From Candidatus Saccharimonadales bacterium (lineage in GTDB: Bacteria > Patescibacteriota > Microgenomatia > Levybacterales > UBA12049), in the NCBI GenBank assembly GCA_035478335.1, contig DATIJS010000057.1, positions 8,143 to 72,142 of the forward strand: a DNA stretch of 64,000 bases, written 5' to 3'. Both the position numbers and the translations under genes were made by a program. Below the pieces are notes generated by a model. It saw only the letters and a program-made list of their open reading frames with translations, was not told the DNA's origin and ran no database searches. Within the stretch, counting starts at the first letter, position 1; every line of letters begins with the position of its first letter. Of the stretch, positions 27,036 through 37,234 are shown one piece after another.

Positions 27036-29048
27036 AACTCCTTTTAGTCCACCCCATTCAACAACTGTAAATCCGTCTCTGACAACTTTTGAAAGAGTTT
27101 GAGGTTGGATTGGAGACGGCTTATATGTATATGTTGAATAATCCATAAAAATTCTGTAGACATTTTTGGGCTGGGGAATTATCTGCATTGGTGCGATTGA
27201 GTTCATGTCCTGAGTTTGTAGAAAGCTAATTCGGTAATAATTCGCATTTTTACTTTGCAGCTCAGGCAGCCAATATTCCAGAAAATCATTTTTCTCTTTT
27301 TTTGTAAATTTAACCTCATCAAGTTTTTGGTTTAAAAATCCTGAAAGGTTTCTACTTTCCACAATCCAGCCTTTGTCCACCTGTGGATATTGTTTTTCCG
27401 TACTTTGTCCCGCCCAATATAAATAAGGATATGAATTATTCAAACACGCATTTTTGGCATACTCAGATCCACTTTTAGAGTCATCAATCAGATTGCAGTT
27501 AGTAAATTGAGGTTGTAAATCAGTAAGAGTGCCGTTGGGCTGAGCCAGAACATTCCAGCCGTTTTGATATTGAGGAATTGATACATCAAACCTTATTGGT
27601 GTTGTGAATTTGACACTTACTTTGGTTGGTTTTGCAGGATATAGATAAACAACAGGTTTACCGCATCCGCCCGGAAGATTTATGTCATATTCACCTAAAG
27701 CAACCCATCTTCCCCAATAGTCTTTAAAGAAAATAAGAGGATTCTTGCTTACGTAGTTGTCAAAAGTTGGTTTAGTTCCTTTATTCACCTGTGCGTACAG
27801 GTCCGCATTGCCCGGATCATTGTAAATTCCCAATTTTTTATCATATTCTGCTTTTATTAGCTGATGATTTTTGTCGGAAAGTATAAAAATATCACCATAA
27901 GACGATGTACCAATTTTTTGCAGGTCATGTTCCGACAGGTTATTAATCACGAGAGTATTTACATCAAATGCGCATCCTCCGGGTAGTGCGACATCATATT
28001 TGTCATAAAGCGTTGAGTTTGTTTGAATATCAGATTTTGTAAGTCGAAGATTTGGTCTACTTGGGTAAGTGGGATAATCGGCTTTACTTGATTTAGACAT
28101 AGAAGCAATTGCTTTATTAAACTCAAGCATTTTTTGGGGATATTCAGAAGCATGTTTGGGATTTGTTAAGTCATAAGAGTATGCCAAACCAGTTGAGTCA
28201 ACTGCTATAACTCCGGTTGTTCCATCGATAAATTGGTCTTCAGGATTTGGTGTTGGTGTTATCTTCGGATCGTGATATTGCTCAGGTTTTTTACCGGTAT
28301 AAAAAGTTAATTTGGAATCTTGTGACTTAATAGGAATGTAAGATGAAAAATCTGTATTAAGAATAAATTTGGATTCCGGATTGCCATTCTGATCTTTATT
28401 TCCTGTCTCAAAAAGTTTGGTAAGAAGTATATTTCTATTTAACGCAAAGCGAGAATCTAATTGAATATTTTGAGGATGAGAAGTGTCCAGAGGGGCAATT
28501 TTAGTGATTTTGTTTTTATTTATTTCATACAACGGATCATAGTCTTTTGTTGTTCTTGTTTTTATGTCGATCGGATCAGCGTCCAAAATGTACTTTTTAT
28601 TATCGTTGGATGCGAAAATATATGTAGGCTCAAAACCCTGAGATGGGTTTCCTGAAATAGCAAGATATCTCTTGTAGCCTTTAAATTGCCCGTTTACGTA
28701 TGTTCCAGCCTCATAATATGTACTTGGAGTGGAGGTGTTTGGGTCACTTCGAGTAATAAGTTCCAAATCTTGTGACAACTCCTTAATTTTTCCGGATAGT
28801 TCGACTCTTTCCTCCACTTTCTGTGAGGGGGTTGTGGTTATACTGGGGGAGGTAATTTTTTGAGCCTGAGGAACAGTGGGAATTTTTTTGAGAGTAAGAT
28901 AAAAGTAAATTCCTGCACCCAACAAAACAATAATTATGACAAGCAATATTGGCACAAGTTTGTTAGACGATTTTTGCGGTAGAGGTGGATTAGTTGAGGC
29001 CTCGGATTGCATATGCGGGTTTGGTGGTTGTTGTGGATTTTCTTCCAT
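27024..29048 (-). CDS. large hypothetical membrane-anchored or secreted protein
   Basis: 674-aa ORF with a Pro/Gln-rich N-terminus, a single TM helix (LVPILLVIIIVLLGAGIYFYL) and a large extracytoplasmic domain. Confidence 0.5.
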   Translation of the reverse strand: MEENPQQPPNPHMQSEASTNPPLPQKSSNKLVPILLVIIIVLLGAGIYFYLTLKKIPTVPQAQKITSPSITTTPSQKVEERVELSGKIKELSQDLELITRSDPNTSTPSTYYEAGTYVNGQFKGYKRYLAISGNPSQGFEPTYIFASNDNKKYILDADPIDIKTRTTKDYDPLYEINKNKITKIAPLDTSHPQNIQLDSRFALNRNILLTKLFETGNKDQNGNPESKFILNTDFSSYIPIKSQDSKLTFYTGKKPEQYHDPKITPTPNPEDQFIDGTTGVIAVDSTGLAYSYDLTNPKHASEYPQKMLEFNKAIASMSKSSKADYPTYPSRPNLRLTKSDIQTNSTLYDKYDVALPGGCAFDVNTLVINNLSEHDLQKIGTSSYGDIFILSDKNHQLIKAEYDKKLGIYNDPGNADLYAQVNKGTKPTFDNYVSKNPLIFFKDYWGRWVALGEYDINLPGGCGKPVVYLYPAKPTKVSVKFTTPIRFDVSIPQYQNGWNVLAQPNGTLTDLQPQFTNCNLIDDSKSGSEYAKNACLNNSYPYLYWAGQSTEKQYPQVDKGWIVESRNLSGFLNQKLDEVKFTKKEKNDFLEYWLPELQSKNANYYRISFLQTQDMNSIAPMQIIPQPKNVYRIFMDYSTYTYKPSPIQPQTLSKVVRDGFTVVEWGGLKGVLLR

Positions 29049-29105
29049 AAATTAAGCATAAGGTCTGAGGATGGCAAAGTCAATTATAAAAATAGATTTT
29101 AGTAC

Positions 29106-29210
29106 TTATTTATTATTGACCGGCGCGTAGGCTTTTCGGGTGCGCTTTATCTTACCAGCAAATACGGGCAAAAGTATTGTGATTCCGATTAATATTCCGA
29201 GTTCTAGCAT
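29106..29210 (-). CDS. possible 34-aa hydrophobic micropeptide (not in the ORF track)
   Basis: The minus-strand reading MLELGILIGITILLPVFAGKIKRTRKAYAPVNNK is preceded by AGGAGG 7 nt upstream of its ATG. It lies between the GH18 gene and the 674-aa gene on the same strand. Confidence 0.3.
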   Translation of the reverse strand: MLELGILIGITILLPVFAGKIKRTRKAYAPVNNK

Positions 29211-29324
29211 AAATACCTCCTTTCTGTATGTAGTTGTGATTATTAAATGATAAGTTCTAGTCTAAAATTATAAGCCTATCTATAACATAGCACTGAATAA
29301 AAAGAATGTCAATTTTTTGAACAG

Positions 29325-30551
29325 CTATTTTTTGGAGAATTTGTCTTTCATCATATCCCACAAATCGGGATATGTTGTGTCATAGCCTAGGACCCAGATC
29401 GCAATTCCTCCCAAATCCTGCTTATTCACAAAATCGTATTTGATCCCGATTGACTTAGTGTTTTCAAACCAGACCTGGTGATCAGCTTTTGTCTTTGAAT
29501 CAGTATACCAGCACCATGGCTCCATGGCATAACTGTCAAAGAAGCATTGGTTTTTCTTAAAATTCTTAAATTCTTTTGCCCGGGCATATGATATGACAGC
29601 TGCATATCCTTCAGGACTATTTTGGGAAAATGTCGGACTCTGAATAGTCTTTCCATCTTCAACTGCCCAATCCCAACCATAGTGGGGAACTCCCATCAGT
29701 ATTTTTTCTTTGGGAAGTAGCTTTTCAAGCCCTTCATACATTGAAGTTACATCAAAGAAATATTTGTTTTCTTTAAAACCTGTCATAGGTGCAATAGGTC
29801 CTGCTATCTCTGATGCAGAATTGTAGTAATCATAAGACATGCCTATGAAGTTATCATAGACAGGAGTCAGAGCACGAAAATCAATAATATCAGATTTGCG
29901 TGTTGCTTGGGGCTGGACGCTTATTTCGAGTTTTATTTCCGAATTTTGATCTTTAAGTGCGGACTTCAATTTTTTGCTAAATTCAGTAAATTCCTGTCGG
30001 TATTTGTCATCAGGTGTTCCCAGATATTCAAAATCAACGTTTATTCCATCCAGATTGCGTGATTTTACCTCGTTAATTATATTTATAATAAGTTTTCGTT
30101 GTGCTTCTTGCTTGTCCAGAATCGATTCAATATCATTATTGTCCTGGCAGATAATGGATAGAGTAAATTTTGCTCCGTTGATATGCGTTTTGGTAATAAG
30201 GTCTTTAATTGTCTGGCTTTCCCATTCGCGTTTTCCGGGATTTGTTTCTCCATTTATAACTTTTACAAATTCTCCCTCTTTATTTACAAAAAGACCAAAA
30301 TAATTGACCTCTGTAATCAGATCAAGACGTGTGTATTTGCTATCATCTATTCGCCAATAGGGGAGAAAGCCGATAGACTCTTTCTGCATTTTCACATGCG
30401 GGTGAAGCAGATGTTCCCAATAATACATAGCTGATGTATTGGCAGAGGTTAGTGGATACGTCCTGGTAAGGTAAACTGAAGACCCACCGATTGCGCTGAG
30501 CGCAAGAATAATTATCAGCAATATTAAGTGAGCTACATATTTTTTTACCAC
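29325..30551 (-). CDS. glycoside hydrolase family 18 (chitinase-like) protein, membrane anchored
   Basis: GH18 catalytic motif DGINVDFEY (DGxDxDxE) with an N-terminal TM anchor. Confidence 0.75.
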   Translation of the reverse strand: MVKKYVAHLILLIIILALSAIGGSSVYLTRTYPLTSANTSAMYYWEHLLHPHVKMQKESIGFLPYWRIDDSKYTRLDLITEVNYFGLFVNKEGEFVKVINGETNPGKREWESQTIKDLITKTHINGAKFTLSIICQDNNDIESILDKQEAQRKLIINIINEVKSRNLDGINVDFEYLGTPDDKYRQEFTEFSKKLKSALKDQNSEIKLEISVQPQATRKSDIIDFRALTPVYDNFIGMSYDYYNSASEIAGPIAPMTGFKENKYFFDVTSMYEGLEKLLPKEKILMGVPHYGWDWAVEDGKTIQSPTFSQNSPEGYAAVISYARAKEFKNFKKNQCFFDSYAMEPWCWYTDSKTKADHQVWFENTKSIGIKYDFVNKQDLGGIAIWVLGYDTTYPDLWDMMKDKFSKK

Positions 30552-30649
30552 AATCTATTATAAGTTTTTGAGGCTCATTTTACAAATCAGTAAACTGCGC
30601 TAGTTTGCTATATTGTAATTTGATTATTGTCTAACTATACTTAATTTCT

Positions 30650-30967
30650 ATGAATAAGAAAGCGGTTATCAAAGAGCCGGTAACAGAAGATAAGCTTAGA
30701 GAGGTGTTAAAAGATTATCCAACTAAGAAGGATGTCGAAAATATTGTGTATATAAAATTTGATACGTTTGAGGTGAAGATTGATGATAAGCTGACTCAAT
30801 TTAGAAGCGATATGTTTACCAGGTTTGATGAATTGATGGGGGAGTTGGCTCAGCAGCGTGAAGACAGAATTTTTACAGATCATGATATAAAAGTTTTGAA
30901 AGAAAAATCAGACGAGCATGAGAAGAGAATTAAAAAATTGGAGACAAATCCTACGACCACTCAATAA
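30650..30967 (+). CDS. hypothetical coiled-coil protein
   Basis: 105-aa charged ORF in the spacer between divergent genes. Confidence 0.35.
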   Translation: MNKKAVIKEPVTEDKLREVLKDYPTKKDVENIVYIKFDTFEVKIDDKLTQFRSDMFTRFDELMGELAQQREDRIFTDHDIKVLKEKSDEHEKRIKKLETNPTTTQ

Positions 30968-31023
30968 AACCTCAATTATTATTCCTCTTGCGTATAAGCG
31001 ATAAATTGCTGTAATCTGAGTAT

Positions 31024-31998
31024 ATGCCCAGGATATATGATGTTATTACAATTGGTGAAGCAACGATTGACGCTTTCATGACTCTTCATGATTCCTCAGA
31101 TAAAGTACAGTTTGATCAGAAATCTGGGAAGTTGGAGTTCAAGCATGGAGAAAAGATAAATGTGGAAAAATATGATTTTCTTTTGGGGGGGAATGCTGCC
31201 AATGTTGCTGTTGGCTTGACCCGTCTGGGGCTTAATGCAACTCTTGCTTGTGAAATTGGGGATGATGAGTTTTCTATCAAGATCCGCAACCATCTCGCTC
31301 AGGAAAAAGTTGAACGGGTCCTGGTTACACAAAGTAAAGGCAGGCAATCAAACTTCTCAGTAATTATAAATTTCAAAGGAGACCGGACAATTTTCAATGA
31401 AGACCTAAAGCGAGAGCATAAATTTGATTATGCAGATGTTGCTGCAAAATATATCTATCTGACAAGTATGGGTGAGGACTGGGTGAGGTCATATGAAGAT
31501 GCAGTGGAATTTGTCAAGAAGCATGGAGGAAAAATAGCTTTTAATCCCGGCACGCATCAGCTTCATAATCACACTACACTTATCCATCAAGTTATGAAAG
31601 ATACAGAAATTATTTTTGTAAATAAAGAAGAGGCTGAGTTAATTTTATTTAACCATTACTCAAAAAGGGTTGATGATAGTGATCACTATATTAAAAATTT
31701 ATGTCAGGAATTGCAGGATTTGGGACCAAAAATTGTTGTCGTGACCAATGGTAAGGAAGGCTCCCACGTTTTGGATGCGGAGGGTAATTTTCAAAATCAG
31801 GATCTGTATCCTGGAAAATGTATTGAGAGAACAGGGGCAGGGGATAGCTTCGCAACAGGTTTTTTGGGAGCAGTATTGTATGGAATGGATTTGGCAACGG
31901 CTATGAAGTGGGGAGCAGTCAACTCAGCATCCGTTGTCGGTGTAGTTGGGGCGGAACCTGGGCTTTTAATGAAGGAGGAGATTGAGAAGAGAGTCTAA
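31024..31998 (+). CDS. PfkB-family carbohydrate kinase (ribokinase/fructokinase-like)
   Basis: LLGGNAANVAVGL N-terminal motif and TGAGDSFATGFL C-terminal PfkB signature. TTGCGT-16 nt-TGTAAT lies 8 nt before the ATG. Confidence 0.8.
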   Translation: MPRIYDVITIGEATIDAFMTLHDSSDKVQFDQKSGKLEFKHGEKINVEKYDFLLGGNAANVAVGLTRLGLNATLACEIGDDEFSIKIRNHLAQEKVERVLVTQSKGRQSNFSVIINFKGDRTIFNEDLKREHKFDYADVAAKYIYLTSMGEDWVRSYEDAVEFVKKHGGKIAFNPGTHQLHNHTTLIHQVMKDTEIIFVNKEEAELILFNHYSKRVDDSDHYIKNLCQELQDLGPKIVVVTNGKEGSHVLDAEGNFQNQDLYPGKCIERTGAGDSFATGFLGAVLYGMDLATAMKWGAVNSASVVGVVGAEPGLLMKEEIEKRV

Positions 31999-32029
31999 AA
32001 TTGACCTAATTAGATCGATTAGAAATTAA

Positions 32030-33076
32030 TTAGAGGTCCTGGGATTTTGTTGCTTCAGTATTGTTTTTAAGCTGTGCCTCGTCCAGTTCTCCGATAGACG
32101 CTGCAGATACGAGTTTTAGTTGATTAAGAAAAAGATCCTGAATCTCTTTTGTTGCAGATCTGTCTTTTGCCCACAATTTAAGAACAGGGTCCTGAAGCGC
32201 ACGGGAATATGAAAATGTCACTCCCCAGGGATGTGGTCCTTTTTGCGCAATTCTATTCAGATTTATAAAAGCGTCGTTGCTTGTTTGGCCGCCACTTAGA
32301 AATACAACTCCACCTAAATCAGATGGAGCATGTTCATGAAGCACTTTTACTGTGCGAGTTGCAACATCTGAATGGTCAATTGCGACCCCGCTTTCTTTCC
32401 CGGGAAGCACCATGCTTGTTTTGAGGATTGCGCCGCTCAAATTTACACGCAAATCTTTCATGGCCGCAAATAATTCGTCGTACGTTCTGGTCATAACGTC
32501 CTCTGTCTGTTGAATGCTGTGGGTACCATCAAAAAGTACTTCCGGCTCAACAATCGGTACGATTCCGGCATCTTGGCAGATCCTAGCATAGCGCGAAAGG
32601 ACAAAAGCATTGGCTTTGATGCACTCCATTGTCGGGATATTGTCACCAATTGTGATGACAGATCGCCATTTGGCAAATTTTGCACCACTTTCTGCGTATT
32701 TGGCCATGATTTCAGGCAGTCCGTCAAGTCCCTGAGTCAATTTTTCACCGGGAAAGCCTGGTAGATCGACAAGTCCTTTATCTACTTTTATACCAGGAAT
32801 CATGGAGTTTGCCTTTAGATACTCAGGGAATGTTACTCCGTCATCTGTTTTTTGCCAGAAAGTCTCATCATAAAAAATCACACCACTCATAAATTCAGAA
32901 GCACCAGGTGTGGTAAGAAGCAGATTTCGATATTCCCGTCTTGTCTCCTCTGAGCATTCAACTCCGACACTATCAAAGCGTTTCTTACAAGTTGGAGCGC
33001 TCTCATCAGCCGCAAGTATTCCCTTGCCTTTTGTAACAAGACTCTTTGCAATTTGACCTAGATCACTATTATTCAT
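32030..33076 (-). CDS. fructose-bisphosphate aldolase class I
   Basis: ILAADES motif and class I aldolase length and similarity (…IVPIVEPEVL…Schiff-base Lys region). Confidence 0.85.
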   Translation of the reverse strand: MNNSDLGQIAKSLVTKGKGILAADESAPTCKKRFDSVGVECSEETRREYRNLLLTTPGASEFMSGVIFYDETFWQKTDDGVTFPEYLKANSMIPGIKVDKGLVDLPGFPGEKLTQGLDGLPEIMAKYAESGAKFAKWRSVITIGDNIPTMECIKANAFVLSRYARICQDAGIVPIVEPEVLFDGTHSIQQTEDVMTRTYDELFAAMKDLRVNLSGAILKTSMVLPGKESGVAIDHSDVATRTVKVLHEHAPSDLGGVVFLSGGQTSNDAFINLNRIAQKGPHPWGVTFSYSRALQDPVLKLWAKDRSATKEIQDLFLNQLKLVSAASIGELDEAQLKNNTEATKSQDL

Positions 33077-33145
33077 AACTCATTTAATACTACTCATTAT
33101 AAAAATAAAAAGCAATACAAAAAATAAATTTAGTATAATGTTTTT

Positions 33146-33613
33146 GTGAGAAGAACTATAAAAGGGGAGAAGCAGTTTACTGCATCGGTTTGGCTGATAA
33201 CGAGGACCAAACCCAAAAAAGTTCTCCTAATTCATCATAAGAAGTTTGGTAAGTGGGTTCAGCCGGGCGGGCATATAGAGCAATTTGAAAATCCTATTGA
33301 ATGTGCGATACGTGAGATAAAAGAGGAGACAGGATTGGATATAAGTTTTATTACTGATTCAATCAAAACAACAAGCGAACGGGATTCGTTTTTGCCTATT
33401 CCTGAATTCTTGATGGAGTATCCGATTGCCGAACATGAAGACGAACCAGCGCATTTTCATATCGATATAAATTATGTTGTAAAAGTTAAGGAGCAAATGC
33501 TAAAAGTAAGTAAAAGGGAAGCGCACGACATCGGTTGGTTTAGAAAGTCTGAGGCCCTCAAACTCCCAATCCACGAAAATACGAAAATAATCCTCCAAAA
33601 ACTCTTGTATTAA
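33146..33613 (+). CDS. NUDIX hydrolase (GTG start)
   Basis: Nudix box GGHIEQFENPIECAIREIKEETG. TATAAT at 33134-33139 lies 6 nt before the GTG. Confidence 0.8.
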   Translation: MRRTIKGEKQFTASVWLITRTKPKKVLLIHHKKFGKWVQPGGHIEQFENPIECAIREIKEETGLDISFITDSIKTTSERDSFLPIPEFLMEYPIAEHEDEPAHFHIDINYVVKVKEQMLKVSKREAHDIGWFRKSEALKLPIHENTKIILQKLLY

Positions 33614-33677
33614 TTTTATAACTTTTTAGCATCCCATAGTTGATAAATTTATATAAATTTGGTACCATTGGTGGACT

Positions 33678-34487
33678 ATGCCAAGAAACAAAGACCTACC
33701 ACCAAATTCAAATGAATCAATAGCAGGAATTGAGCACCAGAGACAAGTATTGATCCCACCTGGTTTACCGATACAACGTGTAGTGTTTGAATCTCAATCA
33801 CAACGAAGAACAGAGCCGGCTAAGCAAAGATATCAAGCCATGATAGAGGCACATTTGATGGAGCATCCGGAGTTACCACTTGACAATGGAAAGGTGCAAA
33901 AAGCTTTAAGTATCAGTGCAACTACTCTAGCGAAGATAAAGCGAGCATCTAGGAATGAGGGATTTGAAATACCTATGACCACAAGAGAATACGCTGAATG
34001 GTTAAGAAGAAGAGCAGGTATTCCTAAGAGGCCAAGCTCCAAGGCGCTTGAGGCAGGCAAAGCACAGAGAAGAGCAAAAAAAGAAGCAGCAAATGCTGAA
34101 CGTGAAAAATTAAAAAGCATTGTGAAAGATTTACATGTGGAAGGAATAACGCAGCCTGTAATTTTTGAGATTATTTCAAAAATGCCTCTCACGATAAGTG
34201 TAAGCGAGGGATTAATTAGAAAAATAATAGGTGAGTTATTGCATGATGAAGAAATAGAAAAACATATAAAGGACCCAAAATCACCTCATGAGATTGCTGT
34301 ATTTGATGCCCGAGTCAGAGTTTTTTATAGATTTGGTTTATCTTATGAGGAAATTGCGGATTTAGTTGGGGAGAAAAATCTTTCGAACATTAATAATTCA
34401 CTTGTAAGGTCCGAGGGTAAAGGTTTGGTAACGAGAAGAAAACAAATAAGGCATGGAAGAAAAGGGAAAACTACCAACTCGTCCTGA
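33678..34487 (+). CDS. hypothetical basic protein with HTH-like segments
   Basis: 269-aa ORF. SISATTLAKIKRASR and LSYEEIADLVG…SNINNSLVR look like helix-turn-helix elements. The 3' end overlaps the convergent oxidase gene. Confidence 0.4.
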   Translation: MPRNKDLPPNSNESIAGIEHQRQVLIPPGLPIQRVVFESQSQRRTEPAKQRYQAMIEAHLMEHPELPLDNGKVQKALSISATTLAKIKRASRNEGFEIPMTTREYAEWLRRRAGIPKRPSSKALEAGKAQRRAKKEAANAEREKLKSIVKDLHVEGITQPVIFEIISKMPLTISVSEGLIRKIIGELLHDEEIEKHIKDPKSPHEIAVFDARVRVFYRFGLSYEEIADLVGEKNLSNINNSLVRSEGKGLVTRRKQIRHGRKGKTTNSS

Positions 34488-36123
34488 TGTGGTTCATGGC
34501 GTAGTCCAGATCTCCATGGACTTTCTTGCGGGGATTGAAAATCCCATGCGGGTCAAAGATATTTTTCGTTTCTTCAAAAAGTTTGATAATTTCTTTCCCA
34601 TACATTTGCTCAAGATAAGGCGTGCGGATCAGGCCATCATTGTGCTCACCGGTTATGGAGCCGTGATATTTGGTAATTATGGCATAGACCTTTTCTGAGA
34701 TCTCAGGAATTGCTTTTCGTACTTTTGGATTGGTGATGTCAACAAGCGGGATGATATGGAAGTTGCCGCTTCCTATATGGCCGGCGACAGTAAAGATAAA
34801 TTCAGGATGCTGTTTGATAACATCGGTTATTTGCGGAAGTACTTCGGCAGTAAGGCCAGGGTGGATTACAAAATCATCAATAAAAGGTGCAGTATGTTTA
34901 TCCCTGATCTTATTTCTCAATAGATTAAAGCTCTCGCGTCTGACCAGCCAGTAGCGCTTCTCCTCATCTTCAATCGCGATTTTGGTTTGCGGATGAAGTG
35001 GTTTTAATTTCTCCCGAAGCGTTGCGATTTTTTGCTTGAGCTCTTCGGGATCATTGCCGGTGAAATCAATTTGCAGAATCAGTTTGGGAAGTCTTCCGAT
35101 GAACATTTGCATGAATGCCGGGGCAAAGGCAAGGCCTGACTGGATAAGACCGAAAAGTCCCAGTTGCTTGGCAAATTCCGGGAAAAAGCGAAGTGCGAGT
35201 TTGAGGGTGTTGTCATCATAACTTTCAAAACTTTCAGGCTGAAGCGGCAAAACAGCGTCAATTATCTGTCCGAGATGCGACATGTCATGAAGATATATTA
35301 TTTCCATTTCTCGGTGTTTGTGTACTGGAACCAGCTCCAAATCAGCTTCAATGAGCATCCCAAGTGTTCCTTGGGCGCCCACCCAAAGCTTATTCAAATC
35401 AAAAATACCTTTTTCCTTGTCCCAGACATTCCAGAGAAAGTAACCGGCCGAATTCTTACTGACATCCGGTTTGGCTTTTTTAATCACATCATAGTTTTTA
35501 GTTATAAGTTCATAGAGTTTCTTGTAGACTTCTCCCTCAAAGTCTTTTTGCTCCATTTTTTTATTGAGTTCTTTTTCATTAAGCGGCTTTATTTCATAAA
35601 CATTTCCATCTGAGAGAACGACTTTTGTGCGTTTGACAAAGTTTTCCGTTTTGCCATACATTAGCGATTTTTCACCTCCGGAATTATTGTTAACAATGCC
35701 GCCGATCGCGCAAAGTTCACGGGACGCAGGGTATGATGCAAAAATAAGATCCTGTTTGAGAGTTTCTTTCTCAAAGTCTCGGTAGAAAACGCCGGATTCT
35801 GCGGTTGCGATATTATTTTTTATGCTACCTATATGATTAAAATATTTCTGAAAAGCAACGATAATTGAATCATTGATTGATCCTCCTGCCATATCAGTTC
35901 CGGCAGATCTGCCGGTAAGTGTGAGCTGAGGGTAATCTTTTTTGTTCTTGGTTGTAAATTTGATAAGAGCTTGAACATCCTCTGCGTCTTTGGGGAATAC
36001 TACAACTTGCGGTTTGACTTCAAAAAGACTTGCATCATGACTGTATTTCATCAAAGTCTCATCGTCAGTCAAAACTTCACCTTTTATAGTTTTTTTTAGT
36101 TCTTCGAGCAGGGCAGGATTCAT
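34471..36123 (-). CDS. FAD-linked oxidase (GlcD / D-lactate dehydrogenase family)
   Basis: FAD-binding PCMH-type domain (…LTLTGRSAGTDMAGGS…) and a C-terminal FAD-oxidase domain. Length 550 aa. Confidence 0.8.
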   Translation of the reverse strand: MNPALLEELKKTIKGEVLTDDETLMKYSHDASLFEVKPQVVVFPKDAEDVQALIKFTTKNKKDYPQLTLTGRSAGTDMAGGSINDSIIVAFQKYFNHIGSIKNNIATAESGVFYRDFEKETLKQDLIFASYPASRELCAIGGIVNNNSGGEKSLMYGKTENFVKRTKVVLSDGNVYEIKPLNEKELNKKMEQKDFEGEVYKKLYELITKNYDVIKKAKPDVSKNSAGYFLWNVWDKEKGIFDLNKLWVGAQGTLGMLIEADLELVPVHKHREMEIIYLHDMSHLGQIIDAVLPLQPESFESYDDNTLKLALRFFPEFAKQLGLFGLIQSGLAFAPAFMQMFIGRLPKLILQIDFTGNDPEELKQKIATLREKLKPLHPQTKIAIEDEEKRYWLVRRESFNLLRNKIRDKHTAPFIDDFVIHPGLTAEVLPQITDVIKQHPEFIFTVAGHIGSGNFHIIPLVDITNPKVRKAIPEISEKVYAIITKYHGSITGEHNDGLIRTPYLEQMYGKEIIKLFEETKNIFDPHGIFNPRKKVHGDLDYAMNHIRTSW

Positions 36124-36126
36124 AAA

Positions 36127-37119
36127 TTATTTTTTACGTTTAATTACTTTTTTGACAGCTTCTTTGATGTATTCTGTTCCCATTCCTAATTTCTCAACCA
36201 AGTCTTTGGGATTGCCTGTTTCACCAAATCTATCTTGCAATCCTATAAATTCTATAGGAAGGGGGTTGGTCTTTGCAAGTGCTTCGGCAATTGCTGAGCC
36301 CATACCGCCTGCTATCTGATGATCTTCGACTGTTACAACGGCACCTGTTTGGTTGGTAAATTTGAGTAATCCGTCAAGGTCCAGTGGTTTAATTGTTGCA
36401 ACATTTACGACGGTTGTGTGGACTCCTTCTTCCTCAAGTTCCTTTGCGGCAACAAGTGCATAATGAAGCATATAGCCGGTTGCAAATATTGTTGCCTGCG
36501 GGTTTTCAGATACCCAGAAATCCTGCATCTTACCCGGAATAAATGGTGTTTCAGTAGTAGTCATGAACGGAGTCTTGTCACGTGAATAACGAAGATATGT
36601 TGCAATTGAAGTTTTACCCGCTGCGATAGTTGCTTTTTCAGCTTCAATTGCGTCACATGGAACATAAATTTCGATATCAGGAAGACACCTCATAATTGCG
36701 ATATCTTCAGTTGCCTGATGAGTTGCGCCGTCAGGTCCTGTCATGATTCCTGAGTGATGTCCTGCGATTTTGACATTTGCCCCATTATAAACAATTGTTG
36801 TTCTGATTGTTTCCCAGTTCTTGCCGGGGGAGAATGTGGCATATGAGGAGATGAATGCGACTTTTCCGCTAACTCCCAAACCTGCTCCAACTGCTGCCAT
36901 ATTTTGTTCTGCAACTCCGACTTCAAAAAATCTATCGGGAAATTCTTTGGCAAAAAGATGGGCGTTGGTTGATTCGGTGAGATCCGCGCAAAGCGCGACA
37001 ATATTTGGATTCTCCTGACCTAGCTTGAGCAAACCTTTTCCATATCCGATCCGGGTTGCATCTTTCTCAACATCCTCATCAAATATTTTTGGATTAAGTT
37101 TTAAATTTGGATTTAACAT
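36127..37119 (-). CDS. transketolase, C-terminal (pyrimidine-binding) subunit of a split enzyme
   Basis: …FEVGVAEQNM…GPDGATHQ… motifs. It lies downstream of the N-terminal subunit gene on the same strand. Confidence 0.9.
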   Translation of the reverse strand: MLNPNLKLNPKIFDEDVEKDATRIGYGKGLLKLGQENPNIVALCADLTESTNAHLFAKEFPDRFFEVGVAEQNMAAVGAGLGVSGKVAFISSYATFSPGKNWETIRTTIVYNGANVKIAGHHSGIMTGPDGATHQATEDIAIMRCLPDIEIYVPCDAIEAEKATIAAGKTSIATYLRYSRDKTPFMTTTETPFIPGKMQDFWVSENPQATIFATGYMLHYALVAAKELEEEGVHTTVVNVATIKPLDLDGLLKFTNQTGAVVTVEDHQIAGGMGSAIAEALAKTNPLPIEFIGLQDRFGETGNPKDLVEKLGMGTEYIKEAVKKVIKRKK

Positions 37120-37234
37120 AGTATTTTATTAATCGGGTCCTGTCGTGCTCCTCTCCCGTCCGACGGCTTCACTCACTTTGTTCGTTGCAGGCGCTCGATG
37201 AGAGTCCCTCTCCGCACGCCACCCGCTTTTGTTT

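Noticed and set aside
37125-37232. GC-rich island as SRP (4.5S) RNA
   Set aside because: A GGAGAGGAGCA stretch loosely resembles the SRP helix-8 motif. However, the tetraloop-closing pairs and the symmetric-loop pairing do not form. It is kept only as an unassigned structured-RNA candidate.
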